Assembly (NCBI RefSeq): GCF_964355755.1
Contig: NC_092677.1
Coordinates: 11,988,101 to 12,052,100 of the forward strand
Source of the DNA: Antedon mediterranea
Lineage: Eukaryota > Animalia > Echinodermata
DNA length: 64,000 nt
Direction: 5' to 3'
Made by a program: the position numbers and the translations under genes. Below, one piece after another: positions 16,996-28,200 of this stretch. The first letter of the stretch is position 1, and each line of letters begins with the position of its first letter. The notes under the pieces were generated by a model, which was not told the DNA's origin, did no database searches, and saw only the letters and a program-made list of their open reading frames with translations.

Positions 16996-18297
16996 TTATT
17001 TCTCTTTTGTCGTGTGTTTTGAAAGATGAATCTTCAATGTACCTTTCTCTTTGAATTTCTGTCCGCAATATTTGCATATATACAGCATCTCATCCGTATG
17101 AATCCTCAAATGCACCTTTAAATTACTGTTAACGTTAAACTTCCTTCCACAAAAGGCGCATTCATATGGTGTTTCTCCGGTGTGTATTCGCAAATGTCGT
17201 CGTAGATCACTATTGTTACTGAACTCCTTCCCACAATACTCGCATTGAAATGGAACCTTGTTCGTTTTTCCATGACGTTCATTTGGTTTCTCCCCGGTGT
17301 GTGACCTCAAATGAACTTTTAAACCACTATTATGGATAAATTTTTTTCCGCAGTATTCACATTGGAAAGGAGTTTCTCCCGTGTGAATTCGTAAGTGCGT
17401 CTTCAAATGGCAGCTATGATTGAATTTCTTTTCGCAATATTCGCATTTGAATGGTTTCTCAGCAGAATGCATTTTTATATGCGCTTTTAAACTTCCGCTA
17501 CGATTAAATTTCTTCCCGCAATCTTCACACTCGTACGGCGTGTCTCCTGTGTGAAGTCTCAAATGTGCTTCTAAACTAGCACTCTTATTAAATTTCTTTC
17601 CGCAATATTGACATCCGAAAGGTGTCTCTCTCGTATGAGTTCTCAAATGCACCTTTAAATTACTTTTCTGGTTAAATTTTTTCCCACAGTGTTCACACTC
17701 ACATGCAACTTCTCCTGTATGTATCCTCATGTGCACTTTTAAATTACTGTTAACGTTGAATTTTTTCCCGCATAGTTTACACTCATACGGCATCTCTCCC
17801 GTATGTATTCGCATATGTCTTTTCAAATCACTACGTTGATTTAACACCTTTCCGCAACTTTCACACTGAAATTTTATTTTCCCAATCTTTCCTGGCTGGC
17901 ATTCTATCGGCGGTATTCCTTTTGGTAATATCTTCCTATATATTGTTAACTCTTGAGTTTGAATATCAGGTGTTATTTTCCTAGATTCAAATGTTGTATC
18001 ACCACCTGCGTGAATTCTCAAATGAGCTTCTAACTGGAATATATTGTTAAATTTCTGGCTACACTCTTCGCATTCATAACCATGAGTCTCTCGTTTATGC
18101 ATTACCACATGAGTTTCTAAATCATCTTTATTATTGAATATCATTCCGCATTGTTGACACTGAAACTGATTGACTTCAGCATGTAATCCCATATGTGTTT
18201 TAAGCTCATTTAACTCAAGTTTTATCCCGCAGTGTTCACATTTGTATTTCATTCTCTTTGTGTATACTTCAGAATTGTCCTTTTGGTTAATATTCAT
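16996..18297 (-). CDS. Tandem C2H2 zinc-finger protein (13 fingers, no KRAB/BTB domain), single coding exon, 433 aa
   Basis: 13 CxxC...HxxxH units (the first degenerate) with TGE(T/M/K)P linkers. An acceptor at 18372 and donors near 18615 and 19021 suggest non-coding 5' exons; in-frame stops lie upstream of the ATG. Confidence 0.92.
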   Translation of the reverse strand: MNINQKDNSEVYTKRMKYKCEHCGIKLELNELKTHMGLHAEVNQFQCQQCGMIFNNKDDLETHVVMHKRETHGYECEECSQKFNNIFQLEAHLRIHAGGDTTFESRKITPDIQTQELTIYRKILPKGIPPIECQPGKIGKIKFQCESCGKVLNQRSDLKRHMRIHTGEMPYECKLCGKKFNVNSNLKVHMRIHTGEVACECEHCGKKFNQKSNLKVHLRTHTRETPFGCQYCGKKFNKSASLEAHLRLHTGDTPYECEDCGKKFNRSGSLKAHIKMHSAEKPFKCEYCEKKFNHSCHLKTHLRIHTGETPFQCEYCGKKFIHNSGLKVHLRSHTGEKPNERHGKTNKVPFQCEYCGKEFSNNSDLRRHLRIHTGETPYECAFCGRKFNVNSNLKVHLRIHTDEMLYICKYCGQKFKEKGTLKIHLSKHTTKEK

Positions 18298-18949
18298 GTT
18301 TATTACATTGATTTATTTTCGCATAACATTCATTTATTTTATTATTATGTCAATAGAGTCGTCACATTCTCCTAAAAAACAAAACATTTTATATATATTT
18401 TATTTATTATTTTTACTAAAGCAAAGAAATTACACTGTAAAGAAAGGTTTTATTTTATTATTGCAAATCTAGATTTTGATTGGATATATTTTTGGAAAAA
18501 AAACCCAGATTGTTAATTATTTAAAAACCAGATCGTCAATATTGATGATAGCAAATCTCTCAACCAGGCTCTCAAGACGCGAGCACCAGAGAGAGTTAAT
18601 ATAGTAATACTGTACCTTGTTGTTAGAGAAATATTTCTTTTTCTGGCACCACTGTAACATCTTTGTTTAGCAAGATGGGAAAGGTATTGATTCATCATAT
18701 CTTTTTTTTTTCATTACTTACAGTACAGTATATCTACTCAAACAAACATACAGAAATGTTAAACAAAATCATGAGGCATGACCAAAATTATTGTCTCACT
18801 TCTACATTTCTTTTTATTATATTAATAATTAGACTAGCCTAGTACTAGGCCTAGTAGTAGTAGGTAGGCCAGCTACCTAGCCTAGCTAGGCTAGGCCTAG
18901 CCTATAGCCTAACTAGGCTAGATTAGTATACTCTAGCTACTAGGCTAGG

Positions 18950-19264
18950 GTGTACACCTCTATGCCCTAGCCTTCTGCAAGTAGACAGCAAACTGGTAAG
19001 ATACGAATACAAACAACTTACAAAACCCACCACCCCACCACTTAGCACATTTATAACACAACAAAAGGCCCGAATTATACAACGGGGATTTCCCCTTTAG
19101 TTAGGCTCCTAGGTGCAGTCGTTAGTTTGATAGGTTCTTTGTTATTTAATAGGACACCGCCAACGATGAGAGAGAGTTTGTATTGGAAAAAAAAGAAAAA
19201 CATGTTGTGGGAAAAAATGTTTCAAAAAGATTCCCCAACAGTTTTAGTACTCTAAAATCTTATA
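18950..19264. promoter_or_regulatory. Probable bidirectional promoter shared by the zinc-finger gene (-) and CDK10 (+)
   Basis: Minus-strand donor GTAAGT near 19021 and CDK10 ATG at 19265 are about 250 bp apart; CTAG-rich islands flank both sides. Confidence 0.45.
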
Positions 19265-22200
19265 ATGAGTGAAGCTCGATCAGGTCAGATTATTATATTG
19301 AAACGTAGAATCGGAGGGATAAATTATTATCAAATTATAGTGATTTAAAACTAGTATAATAGTAGCTAGGCCTAGATAGCTAGCTAGGCCTGGCTAAATA
19401 TAAAAAAGCTAGCCGGCCCTAGTAGGGCGCTAGACTGGCCAAACTTACAGGGTTGGCCCTGTCCTGGCCCTAGGCCTAGGCCCCTTTTTATAAAAAACTT
19501 AAGGTCCAGATTAATGATGCATCCTTTCATCACTCTGTGGGCTATGGTTACTATTTAACTATTGTAACATATTTATTATTTTTAATATAATAATACTAAT
19601 TTATTTTTTATTTTGCTTTCTCTAGACAGCAGTGTGGCATTAATAGGCCGGTCCAAAGTAACCAAACTTACTGGCTTCAATGGTTCTAAATTTGAAATAC
19701 CAGAGGAAGATCGAGTAAGTTCAAGTTACTGTAGACATGACTATACTTTTTAGCTGAATAAAGTTTTATTTAACAACATGGTTAAAATATTTTCCTTATT
19801 TTGTAGGATATGTATACTATACTATGTATATACTGTACAACTGAAACTAAGCTCGTTTTATCTAATAATATTTAAATCCTTTAGATTGGACTCTGTCGAA
19901 GTGTTGCCGAATTTGAGAAGTTAAATCGAGTGGGAGAAGGGACTTATGGAATTGTTTGTAAGATAATTAATGTCTAATTCATTGCATCAACTGTTCGTAT
20001 TTTACAGCACTAGCAAAATAGTACATAATAACAATAGAAGATATTCCTGAATTTGTTCAATTACATAATTATGACGACGAGATGTTGACATAAAATATGT
20101 GATTCGGTCTTTGGAAACTTTAAAACAACTTTTTTTTTGTCATTATAAAATACAAAAACTAATAAATTCCAAAAACTAATTGGAATTACTTTCATCAATT
20201 AAATCAACTGGAAAAAAGGTTTATATGGCTAATGCTATTTATGATTTGATAAAGATATGTATTAACGTCGAAATATATTATTTTCAGACAGAGCTAAAGA
20301 CACAGTGAAGAATACCATTGTTGCTTTGAAGAAAATGCGTATGGAAAATGAAAAAGATGGTACAGAATTTGTTTTGCCTTTATTAACCAGCCTGTTGCAA
20401 TGTTGTAAAATCTTTATAAAGTATTTAACTACTTTAAAGAGGACATCTTTGGGACCCTTGGGTTGGTTGTAGTTATTGTAGTTGTAGTATTTATATACTC
20501 ACGGGTTCAAAATTAACCACAAATTGAATTAAAGGTTAAAGGTCACACACTTTTATTGCTTACATCTTATCATTGGAAAATATGAAGATATATGAGCATA
20601 ACATGTTACTGTTTGTTATTTATGTTATTGTTTAGGAATGCCGGTAAGCGGTATGAGGGAGATTAATGTTTTAATTAACATTAAACATGAGAATGTTGTT
20701 GAACTAATGGAGGTAGTAGTTGGCCAACATCTGGACAGGTATATACATTTTATTACAGTAGAACCCCTATTAAGGGACACATTTGAGACCCAGTATCCAG
20801 GGGCGTCCCGTGAATAGAGGTTAGGCATAAATAACGCATATACGTATTTCTCGTTTGTTTCATGAGAAAGTGCCTTCTTATGGGAGACGTCCCCAGAATA
20901 GAGGTGTCCCAACAGAGGGGTTCTGCTGCAGTTTTCTTGCAGCATATTCAGAGACTAAACCCATGCTCTATGATAGGATATTTTTTGGAGGGTAGGGTTA
21001 ATGATTTGAGATTGTGGCATATTCCAGGTGGGGTTTGGAAAAAATACAAATGGAGCTATAACTTGACTCCATTGAAAGAAAATTATATTGATTTTCACTG
21101 GTTTTCTAAACTTTTTTTGTAGCATTTTTTTAGTGATGGAGTACTGTGAACAGGACCTTGCTTCGCTCCTAGACAATATGCCAACCCCCTTCACTGAAGC
21201 ACAGGTGAAATGTCTGTCTCTTCAGATGTTTAATGGCATTCACTTCCTTCATAAGAACTTTATTATTCACCGTGACCTCAAAGTATCTAACCTCCTGCTC
21301 ACGGATAAAGGATGCCTGAAAATTGGTAAGACTTGGTAGTTACGTTTTAAATAACCACATACCCTATTTTGATTGTGTTCTATGTAATTACCAGTGATTT
21401 GAAAGGATCATAAAAATGCAGTGTGTTGGACGCTGGATTACTGATTGTGAGATCTAGAGTTGGAATCCAAATATCATCGCATTGCTTGTATCCTTAGGCA
21501 AGATACTTTACTTACATTCGCCTCTCTCTATCCAGGTGTGTAAATGTGTACCCAGTTAGGTCAAGAAACAACTTTGCGCTTATTACTAGTTGCATTATGG
21601 GAGTATGTTTCAATACGTGTTTGATCTAAAAAATGACTGGCTAATAATGTGAAGCATTGTGCAATAAGCTCTATATAAAAATGAATATTATTATTATATT
21701 CCCAATTGCAATTTATCATTTAGCAGTCCCATTAATATCAATGCAATTTAAAAGCCCCTAATAATATCAATATTTGTAAATTTTGTAGCCGATTTTGGTC
21801 TGGCAAGAATGTATGGTTTACCAGTCAAACCAATGACTCCACGTGTAGTTACATTATGGTACAGAGCTCCCGAACTTCTCTTTGGTTCCAAGGAACAGAC
21901 AATAGCTATTGATATGTGGTAATATAACACTAGAAAGTATTATAGTTTTACCTGTAATAGGGAGCTTTCGATTTTGCGACAACCAATGACCTATGACATC
22001 ATAATAATGTATTTACTATTAGCATATGTTAAGTTTGGTTTGGAAATTTGATTCAAGTGGACAGACCCAATTAGGACCCAAAGTCCATTCCATAAAATAA
22101 GAGATTTGATGAAAAAAAGTTTTCGCTTAAGCGCTGCCTAATTATCTTGACACACTTGACACACCATTTGGTCAGTTCTAGGTCCAGTTTAAATTTTAGC

Positions 22201-25200
22201 TGACAATGCTCATTTCTATAGATAAGAGAGAGATTTGATAATAAAGACTCGGTTTTTCACTTAAGAACTGCTTATTAAACACAGTAATCCCATGGGGTGA
22301 TTGCTTGCAAGTGTAACATTGTGGTCATTTTATTGTTCCACTTCAGGGCTGCTGGCTGCATTGTCGGGGAACTACTATCCCATAAACCATTACTACCTGG
22401 AAAGGCAGAGTTGCAACAGATTGAGATGATAGTCAATCTACTTGGTACGCCGAATGAAGGTATTTGGCCGGTTAGTGTAATTCTTATTCTATTATTACTA
22501 AACCAGGGGCTGATTTCAAACAGAATATACCAGGTCAACAGTTGTATAAACTACTGTAGACATATTACACATATATTTACAGATACAAACACAAGCATAC
22601 TCCTGTTAAACATGCCATATACCTTGTTGTAATCCGATTGGAAGGTATTTCTATCGCTTGACTAACGTTTCAAAGTTAAAATTATATGTAGGGCAAAACA
22701 TCTAATCACTCCCTGACGCAAAGCGGCAAAACTACAATTACAATCCGGTTGGTGCAGTACCCGCTGCTTACTTGGGCTCGAATCTAACCACTAGCCATCA
22801 GCGCAAGCTCGGTGGTCTAGAGGTATGAACGCCAGGCTAGTGATCTGGAGGTCGTGGGTTTGAGTCCCACCCGAGAAATCAGGTAAAATGTACTTATGAA
22901 AACTACCGAGTTATATCAGTGGTACATCACAGTTAGGTATATGAGGGTTAAATGATCATATGACCACTAAGAATACAGTATGCCTATTAACTTTATCTTC
23001 ATTCTAATATAAATGATGTATAATGTACCTCTCGGCACTATACATTCATTTATAGATTTGTGTATACTTTTTGATTCCTGAACCTTAAACTCATTATAAG
23101 ACGGTGCCTGTCTATTGGTACCTGCTAGTATATATAGACGGTGCCTGTCTATTGGTACCTGCTTGTATATATAGACGGTGCCTGTCTATTGGTACCTGCT
23201 AGTATATATAGACGGTGCCTGTCTATTGGTACCTGCTAGTATATATAGACGGTGCCTGTCTATTGGTACCTGCTAGTATATATAGACGGTGCCTGTCTAT
23301 TGGTACCTGCTAGTATATATAGACGGTGCCTGTCTATTGGTACCTGCTAGTATATATAGACGGTGCCTGTCTATTGGTACCTGCTAGTATATATAGACGG
23401 TGCCTGTCTATTGGTACCTGCTAGTATATATAGACGGTGCCTGTCTATTGGTACCTGCTAGTATATATAGACGGTGCCTGTCTATTGGTACCTGCTAGTA
23501 TATATAGACGGTGCCTGTCTATTGGTACCTGCTAGTATATATAGACGGTGCCTGTCTATTGGTACCTGCTAGTATATATAGACGGTGCCTGTCTATTGGT
23601 ACCTGCTAGTATATATAGACGGTTCCTGTCTATTGGTACCATATATACTAGCAGGTACCAATAGACAGGAACCGTCTATATATACTAGCAGGTACCAATA
23701 GTCTATTGGTACCTGCTAGTATATATAGACGGTGACTGTCTATTGGTACCTGCTAGTATATATAGACGGTGCCTGTCTATTGGTACCTGCTAGTATATAT
23801 AGACGGTGCCTGTCTATTGGTACCTGCTAGTATATATAGACGGTGACTGTCTATTGGTACCTGCTAGTATATATAGACGGTGACTGTCTATTGGTACCTG
23901 CTAGTATATATAGACGGTGACTGTCTATTGGTACCTGCTAGTATATATATAAAAGGCAAACTATAATAGGAGTTTTACTGCAAATGTGTTACCTGGTTAG
24001 ATTGTGAGAATTATCTGAACTCAGTGGGTGAGTGGCCGAGCGGTTAAGACAGTGGAACCGTAATCACGTAGCCATAACATCGGCATGTGTTCGAGGCTCA
24101 CTCACTCCATGGTTCTGGTGGTAGAACGAGTCTTCTCGGATAAGGACTATAAACCGTAGGTCCAGTGTACACAACTTGCTCGTGTGCACTTTAAAGAACC
24201 TAGTACATCTTTCGAGACGAGTAGGGGGTTACCCCGGTGTATTAGTACATCACAGCCACTGATCACCAACTGGACCCTCTGGGAGATCAGTCTTTGACTG
24301 AAGAGGTCACCCAGTATAAAGATAAAACAAACAAACAAACAAACAATAAAAACCAGACTCTCAGAAACTTTCCCCAAAATTAGAATTTTGAACAATGTTC
24401 AACACTAATATTCTAAAACACAACATTTGGACTAGGCCAAGATCCGATGTCTCCGATCCGACGAGAGTCAATTAGAACCAAATTGGAGATGTTTGGCTAT
24501 CCAAATCTTAATTGGTTAAACTCACTATTAGGTGACAAACTAATTAATTGTGCTCGTCAGTTTCTCTAATGAGCAGATTTTAATTATTTCAGGTGTTAAT
24601 TAGATGACATGACAATTAGTGTCTAACTCTAAATATTCCTTTGTTAATAATTAAAACAGATGGGAAAACAGTTAAAGAACTTTCACTAATGAGTCGATTT
24701 TAATGGTTTAAACCGTTAATTAGATGACATGCCAAATTAGTGTTTAAATATTAGTATTCCTTTGATCATAACTGATTAAAATAAAGATCAAATCAGTAAA
24801 CGTTTTCATTATGCGAGGTGTTGGCAATAGCCAGAAAGTATACAGATTTATTTTACCAAATAACATTCATGGGCATTTAAGTAACTGGAATTATCATAAA
24901 AAATCAGACATTAATAGCATCTGCAGTGAGTTCTATAAAAACTTCCAAGATGTTTAACGAAACCGAAGAATTTCGCTTCATATGTTACCTGCCTGTGGGA
25001 ATTGCTACACTCGTGTTTCTAATAACCTTAATTGTCCTTTTTGGAAATTGTACTGCTATTATTTCAGTTATGTTAACAAAAGACTTGCAAAAACCGTGTT
25101 ATATCATTCTAGCAAGTGTCAGTGTTGTCGATCTATTCACAGCGTTTTGGACAATCGTGGGACTAATCCACTGGCTGTCCACGGGACAATATTATTTCAC

Positions 25201-28200
25201 CGAAGCTGCTTTGGGTAACCTCGTATTTGAAATGCTGTGTCAACTAGTCGCATTTTCATACTTTCACCACATTATTCTGACATGCGAACGGTACCTTGCT
25301 ATTCTCTATCCATACAAATATGTTGCGCACGTAGACAATTGTGTTGTTGGAAAAGTTTTAATTGGATCCTGGGTATTGTGGATTTTCATGGGCTTCATTT
25401 GTGTTATTGTAACAGATTCTGCGCTAGATTACTTAGTCGCTGTGCAAGTATTTTTTTTTGCTGTATGTATCCCAGTCTATGGTTGTCACACTTGTGTATA
25501 CCTTGAAGCCTGCAGGCAGTTTCGTCAGATAGAATCTGCGAAGAACAACTTCAAGGCAGTGCGCACAACAGCGTCTATTCTTGGTGCGTTTACTATATCT
25601 CTACTGCCTTACTTTGGTAATTTTATCTATGAACTTTACTACGACCTCTTGGACAAACCGGTTTGTTCATATAACTTTTACATGACAGTGGTGTTCTTAT
25701 ACTTGAATTGCGCAATGAATCCGGTCATATATGGAATTGTGAATCAATCATTCCGTAACTCTTACATTAAATTGTTCAAAAGAATTGTTTGCAAGCGATT
25801 TAACCGAATTGAAAACAATGTGATAATATAAATAATAAAATATGTACAGGAGATATTTGGAGTGCATACTCCTATGTGTATGTATGCCTATTCTTAAAGG
25901 TACTTAATCTGTGTAAATTATATAAAGTAGTTTGTAATATCTTCTGATATACGTTTAACGGTTGTTTAAAAAAAAGTAATACAATACAAGCTTTGTGCTA
26001 GTACAGTTAAAGGATTTTTCATGGCGGATAAGCAACCATATATGGATTGGAACTCCGCAAACATAGGTGATTCATTTTGGGTGTTTTTGCCCTACCTTTC
26101 ACTGAGGTGAAGGTGATGTGACATAGATCTCAAACTTATGTTCTTTTTTATTATATAATTAATAACAATATTCGTGAAATTAATGATCTTTGGCATCATC
26201 ATTGATTCTCATTTATTTTGGAAGGCTCATTATAATTATATTATTTCAAAAGCAAATCGTATGTTAGGCCTGGTTAAATGTGTTTAGTTTCCATTGCAAT
26301 TTGTATGTAAAACGGCCTCTTTATTTAAGTATTGTTTGTAGTTACCTAGAATACTGCTCTACTGGCTGGTCACCCAATTATAAAACAAACAAGTTGAGCG
26401 AGTTCAGCATAGGGCAACTCAATTTATTTTAAATAATTTTGAAGCTGATTACAAAATAATGCAGACTTCAAACATGCAATTTATTAGACTTATGTTATAG
26501 GTTATAAATCTTATTTCTTTTTAAGTTATTCAAATCTAATATAATTAGGCTAATACTGACAATTTATTTAATATTCATAATCCACAACGTGTTACTCGTA
26601 GCTCTTCTTCTGTTGGTACTCTTTTTGATATTTGTCACTTCAGAACAGAATCTTCTTTTCAATCATATATCTCACGTGTTACCAGAATTTGGAGTAAATT
26701 ACCAGGTTAAATTCGTAACTTAGATATATATGTTAGTTCTTTTAAAACCAAATTATTAAATTATCTCAATACTTATTTTCTAAATAATTTTGATGTTGAA
26801 AATGTTTGTAGTTGGTAGTTGGTCGCTTTTAATTGTACTGAATGTAATTATTTTTTTGGTTTATTTATGTGCACTGTTCTGGGTTGACCAACTAGCATAG
26901 ATATTTAGCACTTGTTTGGTCTTTCCTTGCCTTTTATATTTCGTATTGTCATTTTCTTTGTAAATCCCGTTTGGTCGTACAGAAAGATTTAGATCTTCAC
27001 CAGTCCCTTTTTTAGTCCGACTCATTAATGATGAATATTGAATAGGCTGGCACTATTTTAACTTACAGGTGGACCAATTTTAATGTGGTAAATTATTATT
27101 ATTTTTTTTTTTTTTTAAACTAGTTTTACCTTTTATACATAATGTATTTATATATTTTTATCAAATTTTGTAAAATACTACTTTTCAGCCTTTTGGCTGC
27201 CGTTGTATTTTGATGTCTTTTTATGAATAAATATACCTAAATGAATTGTATATGGCAGAAATTTAATAAAATAAATAAATTATATTTCAGTGTCTATTTT
27301 GTTTTAATTTTAAAAGCAAGCAAATTTTAAATACAAATTTGCAAATAATATTAGTGCTCACTGTAAAATGAATGTTTGAAACTACATGCAGTCACAAAAA
27401 AAAGCAGAATCTCGTTAATATATTAATTTTTAATATACATCTGTATCTAGGTTCTTGTTTTGTTTGTGTAAACATGAGCAAGTATTGTACTTACCGCAAG
27501 TAACACGGCATGTAGCACTGCCGCTATAACTGCAGCTGCTGTCTTGATATTGCTAATGACCTGAGTGGCCTAATTGTAACGTAGGAAAATGGCCGAGAAT
27601 TACCGAACGCAGCGTTCGGCAGTTGCAAAGAAATTGGTCTAAAAAACCCATTTTAATTAAAAGATCCCCCAGCTCCAACGGCGCTAATATCGGACTTGCG
27701 GTTTAGGATAAGGTAGAGGAACAAATCTTGGCTTAGTGCTACATATAGATGTTTGCTTCTTTGAAGATATTTTTAATTTTAAATTAAATACACATTTTCA
27801 TTAATTACAGGGGTTTTCTGAACTTCTGTCTATAAGCATTTATGCTTGGCCTCTACCCAGGTGAACCAAATTTAAATGCTTTCCTGGGATACAAGTAAAC
27901 AAGTAATTACACGTTTTTGTCCCACATTTATTTCTTTAATGGAATATATATGTACTATAATACACAACATGACATGAAACACAAAGATGAGATAATGTCT
28001 AGACTGAAAAATATCTACCATGACATTGCTTTCGGAACATGTTCCAGTCTTAATGCTACACACTCTTCTCTCATAATTAAATACAGTTTCGGAAAATTAC
28101 ATTGGGTAGTACTAATGAAAACTACCGAGTTATATCACAGTTAGGTATATGATAGGTAAATGGTCACATGACCACTAAAGCCTGATTTCCAGTCGACGTT

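Noticed and set aside
18513-18698. Upstream coding exon for the zinc-finger protein
   Set aside because: All three frames entering the acceptor at 18372 hit stops before the ATG at 18297, so it is at most 5' UTR or a uORF.
22806-22878. Functional tRNA-Thr(AGT) gene
   Set aside because: Two terminal acceptor-stem mismatches, T-loop TTT instead of TTC, and no oligo-T terminator directly downstream.
23099-23948. CRISPR array (37-bp palindromic repeat)
   Set aside because: Units are contiguous with no unique spacers, there are no cas genes, and the context is a eukaryotic intron.
24285-24330. Hammerhead ribozyme core (CTGAAGA...) in the SINE tail
   Set aside because: No GAAA after stem II and stem I would be only 2 bp.
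26020-26080. [19 protein letters not shown], reminiscent of a Gypsy gag N-terminus, with a possible short LTR upstream
   Set aside because: Only about 19 codons, no primer-binding site or second LTR visible; cannot be supported without a search.
27490-27770. GC-richer exon-like segment with a minus-strand GTAAGT donor in CDK10 intron 8
   Set aside because: No continuous reading frame or recognisable motif; origin unresolved.
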